Under the pieces are notes generated by a model. It was not told where the DNA came from, searched no databases, and saw nothing but the letters and a program-made list of their open reading frames with translations. DNA of 64,000 nucleotides from the human T2T-CHM13v2.0 reference genome, Homo sapiens. Made by a program: the position numbers and the translations under genes. This document shows positions 45,901 through 64,000 of this stretch, in pieces (the stretch's first letter is position 1; every line of letters begins with the position of its first letter). Location of the stretch: NCBI RefSeq assembly GCF_009914755.1, contig NC_060935.1. One strand, written 5' to 3'.

Positions 45901-47693
45901 GGGAGCGCGAGTGCGAGTTCTGTTTGTGTGTGCCTACGGGGGAGCGCGAGTAGACGCTAGTAGCTGTATGCATGTGCGTGTGTGTGCGCACGGCCACGCC
46001 TGGATACCAGTCCGCCCGTGAGAGCGCGTGAGCATGCCGCGCCGTGTGCACACGTGCATGTGCATGCGTGTGCGTGCCTAGGGTGCTGTGGCCGGGAGGA
46101 TGCACACGGTTCGGGTGCCTCTACACCTGTGGACTTGCATGCACAAGCAAATGCAGGGCCGAGAGTGGGTGACCGGTCACATTCCAAACGCCCCTGCCGG
46201 AGACTCAGCCAGACCTTAGCTGTCCGCCTGAGCGCGTAGAGGGTCGGGCCAGGAGCCTGCATCGGGATTGCACCTGGCCTGTGGGTGAAGGGTTGTGCGG
46301 GCGAGGAGGCCAGACTACTAGGGGCTGCCTGCGACGGGCCACCTAACTTTGGGACGCCGTCTTAGCCCGGTGCCCAGAGGTGTCCAAGTCCTTAAAGATG
46401 TGGCAGAGTCCTAGCCTCTGACTGACATCTGTCGAGGGGCCTCTGCGAGAGTCGCCCAACCTGGCCTTGAGGGACACCAGGCACGCTCAGCTCTAATAAC
46501 TCCCCTAAGAGGCGTTATTGCCAAAAGCCGCCCATTCTCGCGGCGAGAGGGCATCCGCAGTGCACCCACAAGGCGGAGGCCCGGACAGAGCTCGGGTCAG
46601 GCGAGTGCAAGACTCTTGTCCTCCTTCTCTCCTCACCCTGCACCCTACCCCAGAGGCACTGTCTAGCCCCTGTGACCAAAGTGGGGACCCAGTTTCTCAC
46701 GCTAGGGTCGGGCGGGCCTCGAGGGCCGTGTTTTCCTAGGCCATCTGGAGGCTCCTCCATGTCTCCGCCGTGGTCGAAGGAGCCCTGGCTCTCGGGTGCC
46801 CCGCCCTCCCTCCAAGCCCCTAGCACGCAGTTCCTGCAGCCTCTGGGCGTGGGCACTGTGTTTCCCGAGTCCTCGACACCCCTCTTCCCCGGGCGAGACC
46901 GGAGGGGGTGCTCCGCACGCCCGTGGGGTGGTTTGGGGTGTAGGTCTTCGGTTCTTGGGCATTCACTCCATGGCTCTGGGAAGGCTGTGGCCCCTGGATC
47001 TGTCCCTGGGGCGGGAGAGGAGACTCCAGAGTCCAAGGGAGGGAGAGGCGAAGATTTGGCACCGACATTGTGCCCAACACTTCCGTTGCGGGGCCGGAGG
47101 AGGGGGCCTGGAGCTGGAGGACCCCGGCTTGGAGGCTGGGCAGCAAAGGGGGGTAGTACCGGAGCGGGGGAGGGGTGTCGGGGAGGGCAGGGGTGTTTTC
47201 CGTCGGGGCTCAAGGTCGTAGATGGAGGACTCCAGGGGCCGGAGTGGGCTGGCAGCGCGGGGGCAAAGGGGTGGAGGGAGAGGGAGGGCGGGGAGACGGC
47301 GGGAAAAGGGCTCTTTGGGGCTTCAGCGCCCGGCGCCCTGCTGAGCCGCCAGTGGGAGGGCTGGAGTACAGGGTCCCACCCCCGACGGCTGCCCCTGGCT
47401 CCGTGGGGTCTGTGGGCGGGCAATCCCCCGCCCCCGACATCCTGGATGCCCACCCCTTCCCACGGGCGCACCCGGGCGCACCTGGAGAAGCCTCCGAGAG
47501 CCCCCGGCCTTGCTTCCAGCGGGGTCCCCCAGCCCCGGCCCACTGCCGCTCCCGGCCCGCGCTCGCCCCGGAGGGGGTCTGGCGCCCTGTCCCAGTCGAA
47601 CCCACCTCTGGGGAGCCTCAGAGCGTCCCGGGGACCTGCTTCCTGCTCTTCCCGGCGAGCCCCCCGCCCCCGCGCCGCCGCGGAGCCACTTAC

Positions 47694-47855
47694 CCGCCGC
47701 CTCTGCCCAGCTCCCCTCGCGCCAGACAGACGGCGGGACGGACGCGCGGCCCCGCGGGCCGGCGGGGCGGGCGGCCGGGCCGAGGGCCGGGGGCGGGGAC
47801 GGGGTGTCGAGGGGCGGCCCCTGCTCCGCCCGCAGCTCCCGGCGCTGTGGCTCCG
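47694..47855 (-). other. CHRM4: Probable non-coding exon 1 of CHRM4
   Basis: Strong donor (minus cgg|gtaagt) at 47694/47693 in the CpG-island core. CRE-like TGATGTCA (47892-47899) and CCAAT (47911-47915) just upstream; TSS approximate. Confidence 0.7.
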
Positions 47856-48789
47856 ACTCGCGCTCACGCTCGCACTTTTCCCCGAGCCGCGTGATGTCAC
47901 GAGGAAGCAGCCAATCGTGGCGGGGCCGCGCCGCCCGCCCCGGGCCGGTCACCCGGCGGCGACGCGCGGGGGTCAACACCCGAGGCGTCGGAGACCCCGG
48001 CGGTCCGCGCCCCTCTCGGGGGCTGGCCGGCAGCTCCCTGCTTGGGCACAGAGGGCGCCGCCCACGGCCAGCGACGCAGGGGAGCAGGGGGCGCTGCCCT
48101 CCGGGGGGTGGGGGTGTCCGCGTTGTCATGGGGACGCGGCGCCCCCTCGCGGGCTGGGGAAGGAGCTGGCAGCTGGGTCCGGCCGCGCTCCCGCCTCCGC
48201 CCTGACCATACTCCCGGGACCCTGAGCTATTTTCGCGCCTCTCCGGGACCTCAGCGCCCTGCGTGGCCCCGCTGGCGGTTTGGCCGCGAGGCGCGGGAGT
48301 CTGACCCCAGCGGGAGGCTGCGGGTGGGTGGGGCGGGCTGCGCCGCCAGGGATCCGTCGGGGTCGAGGGCCGGGAGCTCCAGCCGCGCCGCTGCGTGCCG
48401 GCCGGGCCGCCCGCGAGGAGGGGCGCCGTCGGGGCCTGGGGAAGCGCAGGAGCGGGTGGACTGGAGAGGTTCGGCCGGGGAGAGAAGAGCCCACCGCGGA
48501 CCACTCGCCCGCACCCGCTCGGCTGCCTGCTCAGCGTTCCGGGCCGGGGAAGGGGCGCGCCCCTGCTCTCCCAGCCCTGGGATGGGACGCGCCGCCAGTC
48601 CAGGCGCAGCCTGGACCGCCAGTTCACCGCCGCCTGTGAGGGACAGTCGGTTGCCCAAGGTCGCCGGGGCCGGAGCCCGGGACAAGATCCCGGAGAGCGG
48701 GCAGCCAATCTCAGAGGTCGCTGGGAACCGCACGGGCCGTAGCCTCAGGACTCCGGGCCTCGCCCAGGCTGGGCGGACCTTGGGGCGGC

Positions 48790-48810
48790 TTCAGCACCTC
48801 GGAGAGCTCC
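48790..48810 (+). promoter_or_regulatory. RE1/NRSE (REST binding site) upstream of CHRM4
   Basis: TTCAGCACCTCGGAGAGCTCC versus consensus TTCAGCACCACGGACAGCGCC (18/21); M4 is an established REST target. Confidence 0.88.
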
Positions 48811-50040
48811 CCGCGCCCTGGCCCAGCAGCCTCGCCTGCCTGATTCCGCTCCAGCGCTTGTCTCCCTCCGAGAGCGCCCTTCCGGGGGACCGCCGGGGTC
48901 GGACGCTCCCCACTGCGCCCAGGACCGAGGCCTGTAACCCCAAATTCTGATCGCAAACATTTGATTAAGCTTAAGACGTCTGATTTCTTCTCTCGGGGAA
49001 ACAACTCAAGACCCTCCCCCGAGGGCCGGAGGTGGTGAGGGCGATTGCGGGGGCGGCGGTGGAGGAGAGGCAGGAGCCTCTTGGCAGAGAATGGGAGGGA
49101 ACTCGAGTAGAAGCCAGCGCTGCGGGGCTCTTGGTGTGGGGTTCTCCGCGCGGAACCCGGAAGTGGAGTTCGGGTCCCCAGAGCTCGCGAGCGCGACGGC
49201 TGGGGTTGGTCGGAATTGGGAACTTCAGGGCTGGGGTTGGTTGGCTAGAGTAGGAAGCCATCTTCTGTTGTTACATGAATGATCGGGTCTCCCAAGACCT
49301 CATAACTGGGGGTGAAAGAAGCACTACTCTTCTTGCCCCACTTCACAAATAAGGAAAGTTGGTTCATAAGACCCTAAGACGGCACTCCTGCACTTCTTCC
49401 ACTTTGCCATATCCTTCCCAGGGCACAGAAGAGTGTGATACTCCTAAGAGGAGGTGGGGGTTGTGGAGGAGGAAGGCAGATAGATCCTTAAAACAGTCAG
49501 ATGAGAAAACAAGCAAGGCCAAGGGCGGGAGGCTGCATACACAAGACACGCCTCCAGCTACTGACCCCAGCTCTTCCAGAAGCTGGCAGGCAAAGTCACT
49601 TTAATTTCTCCACAATCCCTGTTATGAAGGGCTTTTGACCTCTCTCAATCTCCCAACCCCAAGAACCCACGGTGGAACCCTGGAGAGCTGAATTGGGAAC
49701 AAGGGGACTTGGTGGTTTCTCTGCTCTGCTTTTGATGCCACTAGGTCAGCAGACAAGTAACAGAATTTCTCTGAACCTATTTCCTCATCTCCAAAAGGGA
49801 CTGCCCCTATCTTTGCCCTGGTGACCCCACAACCTTGTGACGTGTAAGGGGCCTGCAAAGGTTTTACTACCAGAGAGGCTCTGTCATTGGGCAAGGGCTT
49901 TCTAAGGAAAGGGGCTGGTGTGGGGACAGAGAGGTGTTGACAAGGGCCTCCAATGGGGGGTGGGGAGGTTGGGGAGGGTGGCTGGCACCATCCAGAGACA
50001 GCAGAGACAAGGCCTGGCAGGTCCAAATTTGGACCACCTT

Positions 50041-51972
<1,932 letters not shown>

Positions 51973-52505
51973 TAGAGCAGGCCTTTCGGCCACTGTAGGG
52001 AAGACACAGTCAAGGGAGACCTGAGCAGCTAGCAACTGGCACCTTGCCTGCAGATAGGACCAAGCCCCTCCACCTGCCTAGCAGGCTGGACACCTGCTGT
52101 GCGTGCTTTCCCAGGACTGGAGGGGATCCAGGTTTCTGGCCAGTTACATCACTTCAGGCCTGTAGTCCTGGGTGGGAAGCTATTAGGATGAATAGCCTTC
52201 TGTCGTTCCTTCCTACATACTCACCCTGGCACTGGAAGGTGGCCCCAGTCTGTAGCAGGCCCTGGGGAAGCAGGAAGTGGTGGCGTACAGAGAAGTGGTA
52301 TGAAGCAGAGGTGGCAGCCCTCACCTGACCAGCTCTGGCGAAGGGGTCAGAGGGGTCCACTGCACCCCACTAGGAGAGCACCAGAAACAGTGCCGGGAGA
52401 ACCTGGGCCTGGCCCAGTTCAATGCCCCTCACTTCCCAATCCCCACCCCTCCCCCATCCTCCTTGGAAATAAGAGAGAGGAGCCTGGCGAGGGGCATGTC
52501 ATCAT

Positions 52506-52511
52506 TTTAAT
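52506..52511 (-). terminator. AMBRA1 poly(A) signal (ATTAAA), 3'UTR ~52490-53524
   Basis: Plus-strand TTTAAT at the end of a non-repetitive, AU-richer stretch about 1 kb after the stop. Confidence 0.65.
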
Positions 52512-53524
52512 GATGTGATCTTTGGTGTTTCCCTCATTAGCTGTAGACTATCCCCTCTCCTCCCACCACAATGTTTCTATGATGAGTTACAAACAGAAAG
52601 GAAATCACATTTTCATACTAAAAACAAAATGATCAGAGCCTTGATTTCTCCACTAGAAACTACACGTACAGTTAAGAGTCCACATGCAACACCTTAAATC
52701 ACAGACTGAGACCTCACATTCTGACCTGGAGTCTCCTCCCCTTCCCCAGCCTTGGGCTAGCTTTGGCCTAGGCTCAGGTAATACTGACACCCACAGGCGC
52801 TGCTCTGAGGGCCTTGCGGGGAGAAGACTGGTGGACAAGCCCTGGGGGCTGGCCAGCCTACACCCCCCACTCCTGAGTGAGGACCTGCCCACTGTCCCTT
52901 GACCCCATCCTGTATCAGGCAAGCAGGCGCCCCCTTACCCCACAGTAGTCCCCCATTAGTAAATGCCGAAGTCCCTGTCCTCAAGAATCTGGGAGCCTGG
53001 CCCGATCCCTGTTGGTTTCAGTGGGGTAAGACGACGAAGAGAGGCTGAAGCTCTGGAAGGCTCAGAGTTGGAGGTGGTGTCTGGGTTCCTGGTGGCTCTG
53101 CCCACCCAACAGGTGGACAGGGCAAAGCTGCCTCGCGGGCCTCTGTCCAGGATGATTGGCCCAGATCTGGAAGACTGTTCACTCTCTGGAGGCTCTCTGT
53201 CCAGGGCTGAGTCCCCTGAGCCCATGTTACTAGGAGAAAGTGGGGTGCCTGGCAGAGATACCCACTTGTTCCTCTATTCACATTAAGCCCACAGTGTGGC
53301 TCTCCCGGGCTCCAGATCCTGGAAGGTTCTAGTTCCCCGAGGCAGGCCTTGCCCATTTGACTGTCTTGTGCCCACTGACTGATCTTCCTCTCCACCCTGA
53401 CCCTCTTCCTCCTCCTGTTCCCTGATGCAGCCAGCAGCTCTTCCACATGTCCAGTTCCCAGTCAGCTGTGAGGTCCGGTTTCTGCTTGGCGGTTCGAGGG
53501 GAGGCACCAGTGCAACGTTTGTCT

Positions 53525-54018
53525 CTACCTGTTCCGTGGTTCTCCCCTAGGGCCTGCAGCGTCCCCCCTGCTGCTGCCACCATCCAGAAGGTGGTTGTTA
53601 TTGGTCAACTCGCAGTGGAGGGTTGGTCCCTCAGCGCTGGGAAGGGAAACAGGAATGGGGACAGGGGAGGAAGAGGGCAGGGTTGGCTGGGTTGGCTCCC
53701 GCCCAGGGGTACCAGGCTGGTCCCAGGAAGCTGTCCGGGGGCTTAGGCCTCGCTCTGCCAGTTGCCCGGCCTCTGGGAGCAGTCCCCGAGAGGTGGAGGG
53801 CTGGGGTGAGGAGGTGTGGGCGGCACCAGGTTCAGTGCCCGTCTGAGAGCTGCGGTGAATGCGGTGGCTGACGATGATGTTGTTGCCGAAGCCGCCCATG
53901 GAGGCCATGGTGGTGCTCTGCTCCCGCTGCACCACGGCTGTCATGCCGCCCTCCGCCATCAGCCTCTGGATCCTGCTGAGCGCATCTTCTCCACTGGCAC
54001 CATACTCTGAACCCTCAC
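53525..54018 (-). CDS. AMBRA1: AMBRA1 last coding exon (C-terminal ~164 aa; gene continues beyond window end)
   Basis: Acceptor (minus ...ctgccag|gt) at 54019/54018; [56 protein letters not shown]...[12 protein letters not shown]. Confidence 0.93.
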
Positions 54019-54555
54019 CTGGCAGATACAAAGCAGAAGAGAGAGCGAATTGGCTGCTGGCCTGGGCCTCTGAGGCAGGTGGGCAGCCACCGGTAGCAGC
54101 TGGGGGATTCTTGACTAAACGCAGGATAGAGAAAGACTCGCTCCATCACTGTGAAAACCAATCCGAGTCTTGAAAGCTAGACAAAACCCCCAAAATGTTC
54201 ACAATCCATACTTCTGTTTTACTGGTGGGGAAACTGAGGCCTAGGATGGCCAGTTAAGAGGCAGCACTGGCCCAGAAGGCAGCAGGTTGGCCTCAATGAG
54301 TTCTCTCAGCACCAGTGGCAGCTTAGCATGCGAGAAGGCAGGTTCAGACAGCTGGTTTTGTCTGCCTGCTCCCTGTTGTGGAAACTCAGCAGACCTAGGG
54401 CTGAGCTGGGGTATGCCACCCTTTCTCTGCAAAGAGAGTAGGTACCCTATGGGTGTGGCCCAAAGGGAAACAGTCTGCTCTGCTTCATTACAATGCTGTC
54501 TTCCTTCAGCGTAGTTTTGTGTTACCTCCTCAAAGCCCCTGAGGAAGCTGAGAGT

Positions 54556-55738
<1,183 letters not shown>

Positions 55739-56546
55739 CAGAAGCTGAGAGTTTTAACTGTTCCTTGGAAGGGCTGTTTCCTTCTCTTCTTTCCCTTTAC
55801 CCCCCAGTCTTCACAAGCTATTCCCCAGTTATTGTTCTCCTGGGGCTCAATGCCTGATGCCATATTTCCCGGAAAAGAGTCAACTGACCAGCACAGGACC
55901 CAGGTCTAGGGAGGGAGAGAAGGATCTGTCCGCCACTCCCTCTGCAGAAATGCCTGAGCATTCCCTTGTGTGGGAACAGAAAAGACTTCGGCTCAAATCT
56001 CAGCTGTCACTTGCTTGCTGGGTGACCTTGAAAAAAATCCCTAACATCTACCTTGCACGGTGCTGGAGAGAGAAAAGGAGCTAACGCACAGCCCAGGCAC
56101 TTGGTCAACGGTGCCTGTTGTGATTAACTTGGGGTCTGCAGCAGTGGAGCTCTATTGCTGTGGGACCTCCCTTCCAGCTTTCTGCTCAGCTCTTGGTAGG
56201 GTGAGAACCAGGCCAAGACCGTGGGCAACTATGATCAAGGCTCTGAGGCTGCGAGGGATGGCTCCACTGAACTGCTGATTTGTCTCCATCAGCTACTGTT
56301 TGGAATTTTGCAGTTTTGGGGGTTTTGATGGTGAGTTTTCTTTCCTTTTGGGGTACTTGCCAGCAGCTATTTTTATGAGACTTTCTTTGCTCCCCTAACC
56401 CCATCCATCCCCTTCTCTCTGCCTGCCTCATTAGAGTTGGATTTCCAGGCCAGCCAGTTTCACAGCTTGGTGGCATCTAAGGCCCCAAGAGATCTCTCAC
56501 CCTTCTTGTTGGTACTTGGCAGCCTCATGCTTCTAGTTCTTTCTAT

Positions 56547-60293
<3,747 letters not shown>

Positions 60294-61517
60294 ATCTTGG
60301 TGCCTGTAGCAGGTGTGAGTACAGGTGGGATCTCCCTTCTAGCCCAGCCCAGAAGAGCTGAACTCCCTGACCAGAGGGTTTCACTATCCATGCTCTTGCA
60401 GCTCTGGTTTTGTCAATACAAAACCTGCCAGCTGCCTCTGCATGGGGAAATCTGGGCTCAAAGAGAGCCCTGATCCCTGGGCTCCCCTGAAGAGTCTGAC
60501 AGCACAATAGTGGTGTGAGTGCCTCAGAGCAAGGCTCCTTGCCCTAGGAGGGACAAGGCTGGAGAATGACACCCATCCATCAAGTGCCCATACCCTCTGA
60601 CCCACACCTCCCCTGCCCTGACTGGTTTCTGAAAGGGGTATGGTGTGTGGAACAGCTGTGGGTACAGGGTATACGCAGAGCATGCAGGGATGCAGGCAGG
60701 CAGAAGCAGCCAGCTGCCCGGTCTCACTCTGCCTGCTGCTCCCGCTGACCAGAGCCTCAGCTTAGCTGGGGCCATCCTCTACCGCCTACTCTACTTTACA
60801 GGAGGAGGGGATAGTGGGGCGAGGAACCAGGTCTTGCCTCCTAAAACCAGGGAAAAGAGCTCCTTCCCTCTGCCCCACCCTCTGTCCCCATCCCCCCAAA
60901 AGAATGAAAGGAACTTATAATTGACTAGAAGCCAGAAATGGGCTGCATGCTAACAAAGAAAACAGCAGAGAATTCTCTGGGAGGTGAAACACCAGCAGAC
61001 ATACTTCTGAAGGTGGCAGCTCCTGCTCCCAGAGCCCCAGCATGTCACCTTCAGGCTGAAGGCCTCACTCCCAGCCCAGTCCCAGTAACTTGCCTTCCCC
61101 ACTCATCCAGTGTCAGTTCTCCACATGCACCAGACATGCCATGAACACAAATTAGTGGTCCTTTATGCAGTAACATGTCTTTGAACTTGGTGCCATTTCA
61201 TGTGCTGAGACATGTCTCCAGGAATGCTTCCCCACCACCCTACTTCACCTGACTCCTATTCATCCTTGAAGACTAGGCTCAGGGCCACCTCCTCCAGGAG
61301 TCTCCCCTAAGCCCCACAGGCTGGGCAAAGCCCCTCCTCCTCTATGCTCCAGAGGTCCTCATCACACTAAAACAATTATCAGTTTAGGTGCCCATCTCCC
61401 TCTCTAGACTGCGAGCTCCTCATGGAAGGACAGAGAGGCCTACTTGTCTTCACCGCTTTTACCAAGTGGCTGACACATGGTAAAAGCTCAGTGAAATCAA
61501 ATCAGAAAGGGCTGCCC

Positions 61518-63317
<1,800 letters not shown>

Positions 63318-64000
63318 AAGGGGCTGCCTAAGAGAATGGCCCACTTCTCCAAATCCCTCTCGCTGTCAGGGTTTACTGGGAGCTCTGAGAGGTTTGCCTC
63401 CTACTGAGAGGGCTGGCCTGCTGGCTCCATTGAGAAGCCCGTGGTGGTTCCCTTTTGCCTGGCCCTCAGGCTTCCTGGAAAAGGCCTAATGGACTCCAGA
63501 GCAGCTCAGAGTCCACAGAAACCTGCAAAAAAGGGCCTGAAGATGGCAGAAGGAGCCTTCCACCACCTCCTCCCAGAGGCTCACAGCGGAGGTTGGCTGC
63601 TCCAGCCAGCACCACCTTATGGTCATGGCCCCAGCGAGGGGCTTCCACCAAGCACAAATGCAGGAGGTGGGCTGTGCTACAGACCAAAGAGGGACTTCAC
63701 TTTGAAAATTCTCAGTTCATGGCATCGCAAGCGACCACGCAATACCCTGTTGGGGACTGCGGTGTAGAAAGCCATTCCCTGGGGTGATAGGCACGTTTGT
63801 TATTCTTTGCCTGACGTGCACCGTGGCTTTTCCTCCCATGGTCTCTTCTGGGCAAATGGCTCAACACAGACTTAGAAAATGTGTCTGTTTGGAGGCTGCT
63901 TTGTTTGGAGCTAGGATCAGCAAGGGGGCTGGAGGTAGGGGGTGAGGATAGCAACTGAGTGAGAACAGCCTGTTTAACACAGCTGCTGACGGACTCCTAA

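Larger units (their letters stand above)
46700..49220. promoter_or_regulatory. CHRM4 promoter CpG island
   Basis: Large CpG-dense block around the putative exon 1. Confidence 0.85.

Noticed and set aside
46515-48950. Overlapping 461/517/461/302-aa ORFs on both strands at the CHRM4 promoter
   Set aside because: CpG-island artefacts of low complexity, with several frames open at once and no coding signature.
54019-54031. 'MYLP' start of the AMBRA1 ORF call
   Set aside because: Intronic sequence upstream of the acceptor; this is a terminal exon, not a stand-alone gene.

Overview
Human (primate) genomic DNA, recognisable as the 11p11.2 gene cluster DGKZ - MDK - CHRM4 - AMBRA1. On the + strand is diacylglycerol kinase zeta (DGKZ), with three alternative coding first exons (1486, 3736, 22333) spliced to 30 shared exons (23367-36023). 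I traced these by GT-AG junctions and they sum to 929 aa (exon 1B), 934 aa (exon 1A) and 1118 aa (zeta2), each 1 aa shorter if the distal NAGNAG acceptor is used. MIR4688 lies in a DGKZ intron. Midkine (MDK, 143 aa, 4 coding exons) follows immediately. On the - strand are the single-coding-exon muscarinic M4 receptor (CHRM4, 479 aa), with a CpG-island promoter and an RE1/NRSE site, and the last exon and 3'UTR of AMBRA1. The rest is Alu-, MIR- and L2-rich, with an Alu-riddled Charlie1 (hAT) transposon fossil. I see no foreign or novel gene system. The most interesting signals are regulatory: two strong-Kozak uORFs ahead of the main DGKZ AUG, matching GTAG|GT tandem donors on two DGKZ first exons, interlocked MDK/CHRM4 poly(A) signals, DGKZ terminating inside the MDK promoter next to a DR5 RARE, a 44-bp duplication that creates an in-frame upstream ATG, CTCF motifs, and inverted or stacked Alus. 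Repeat boundaries and subfamily names are by eye and approximate.
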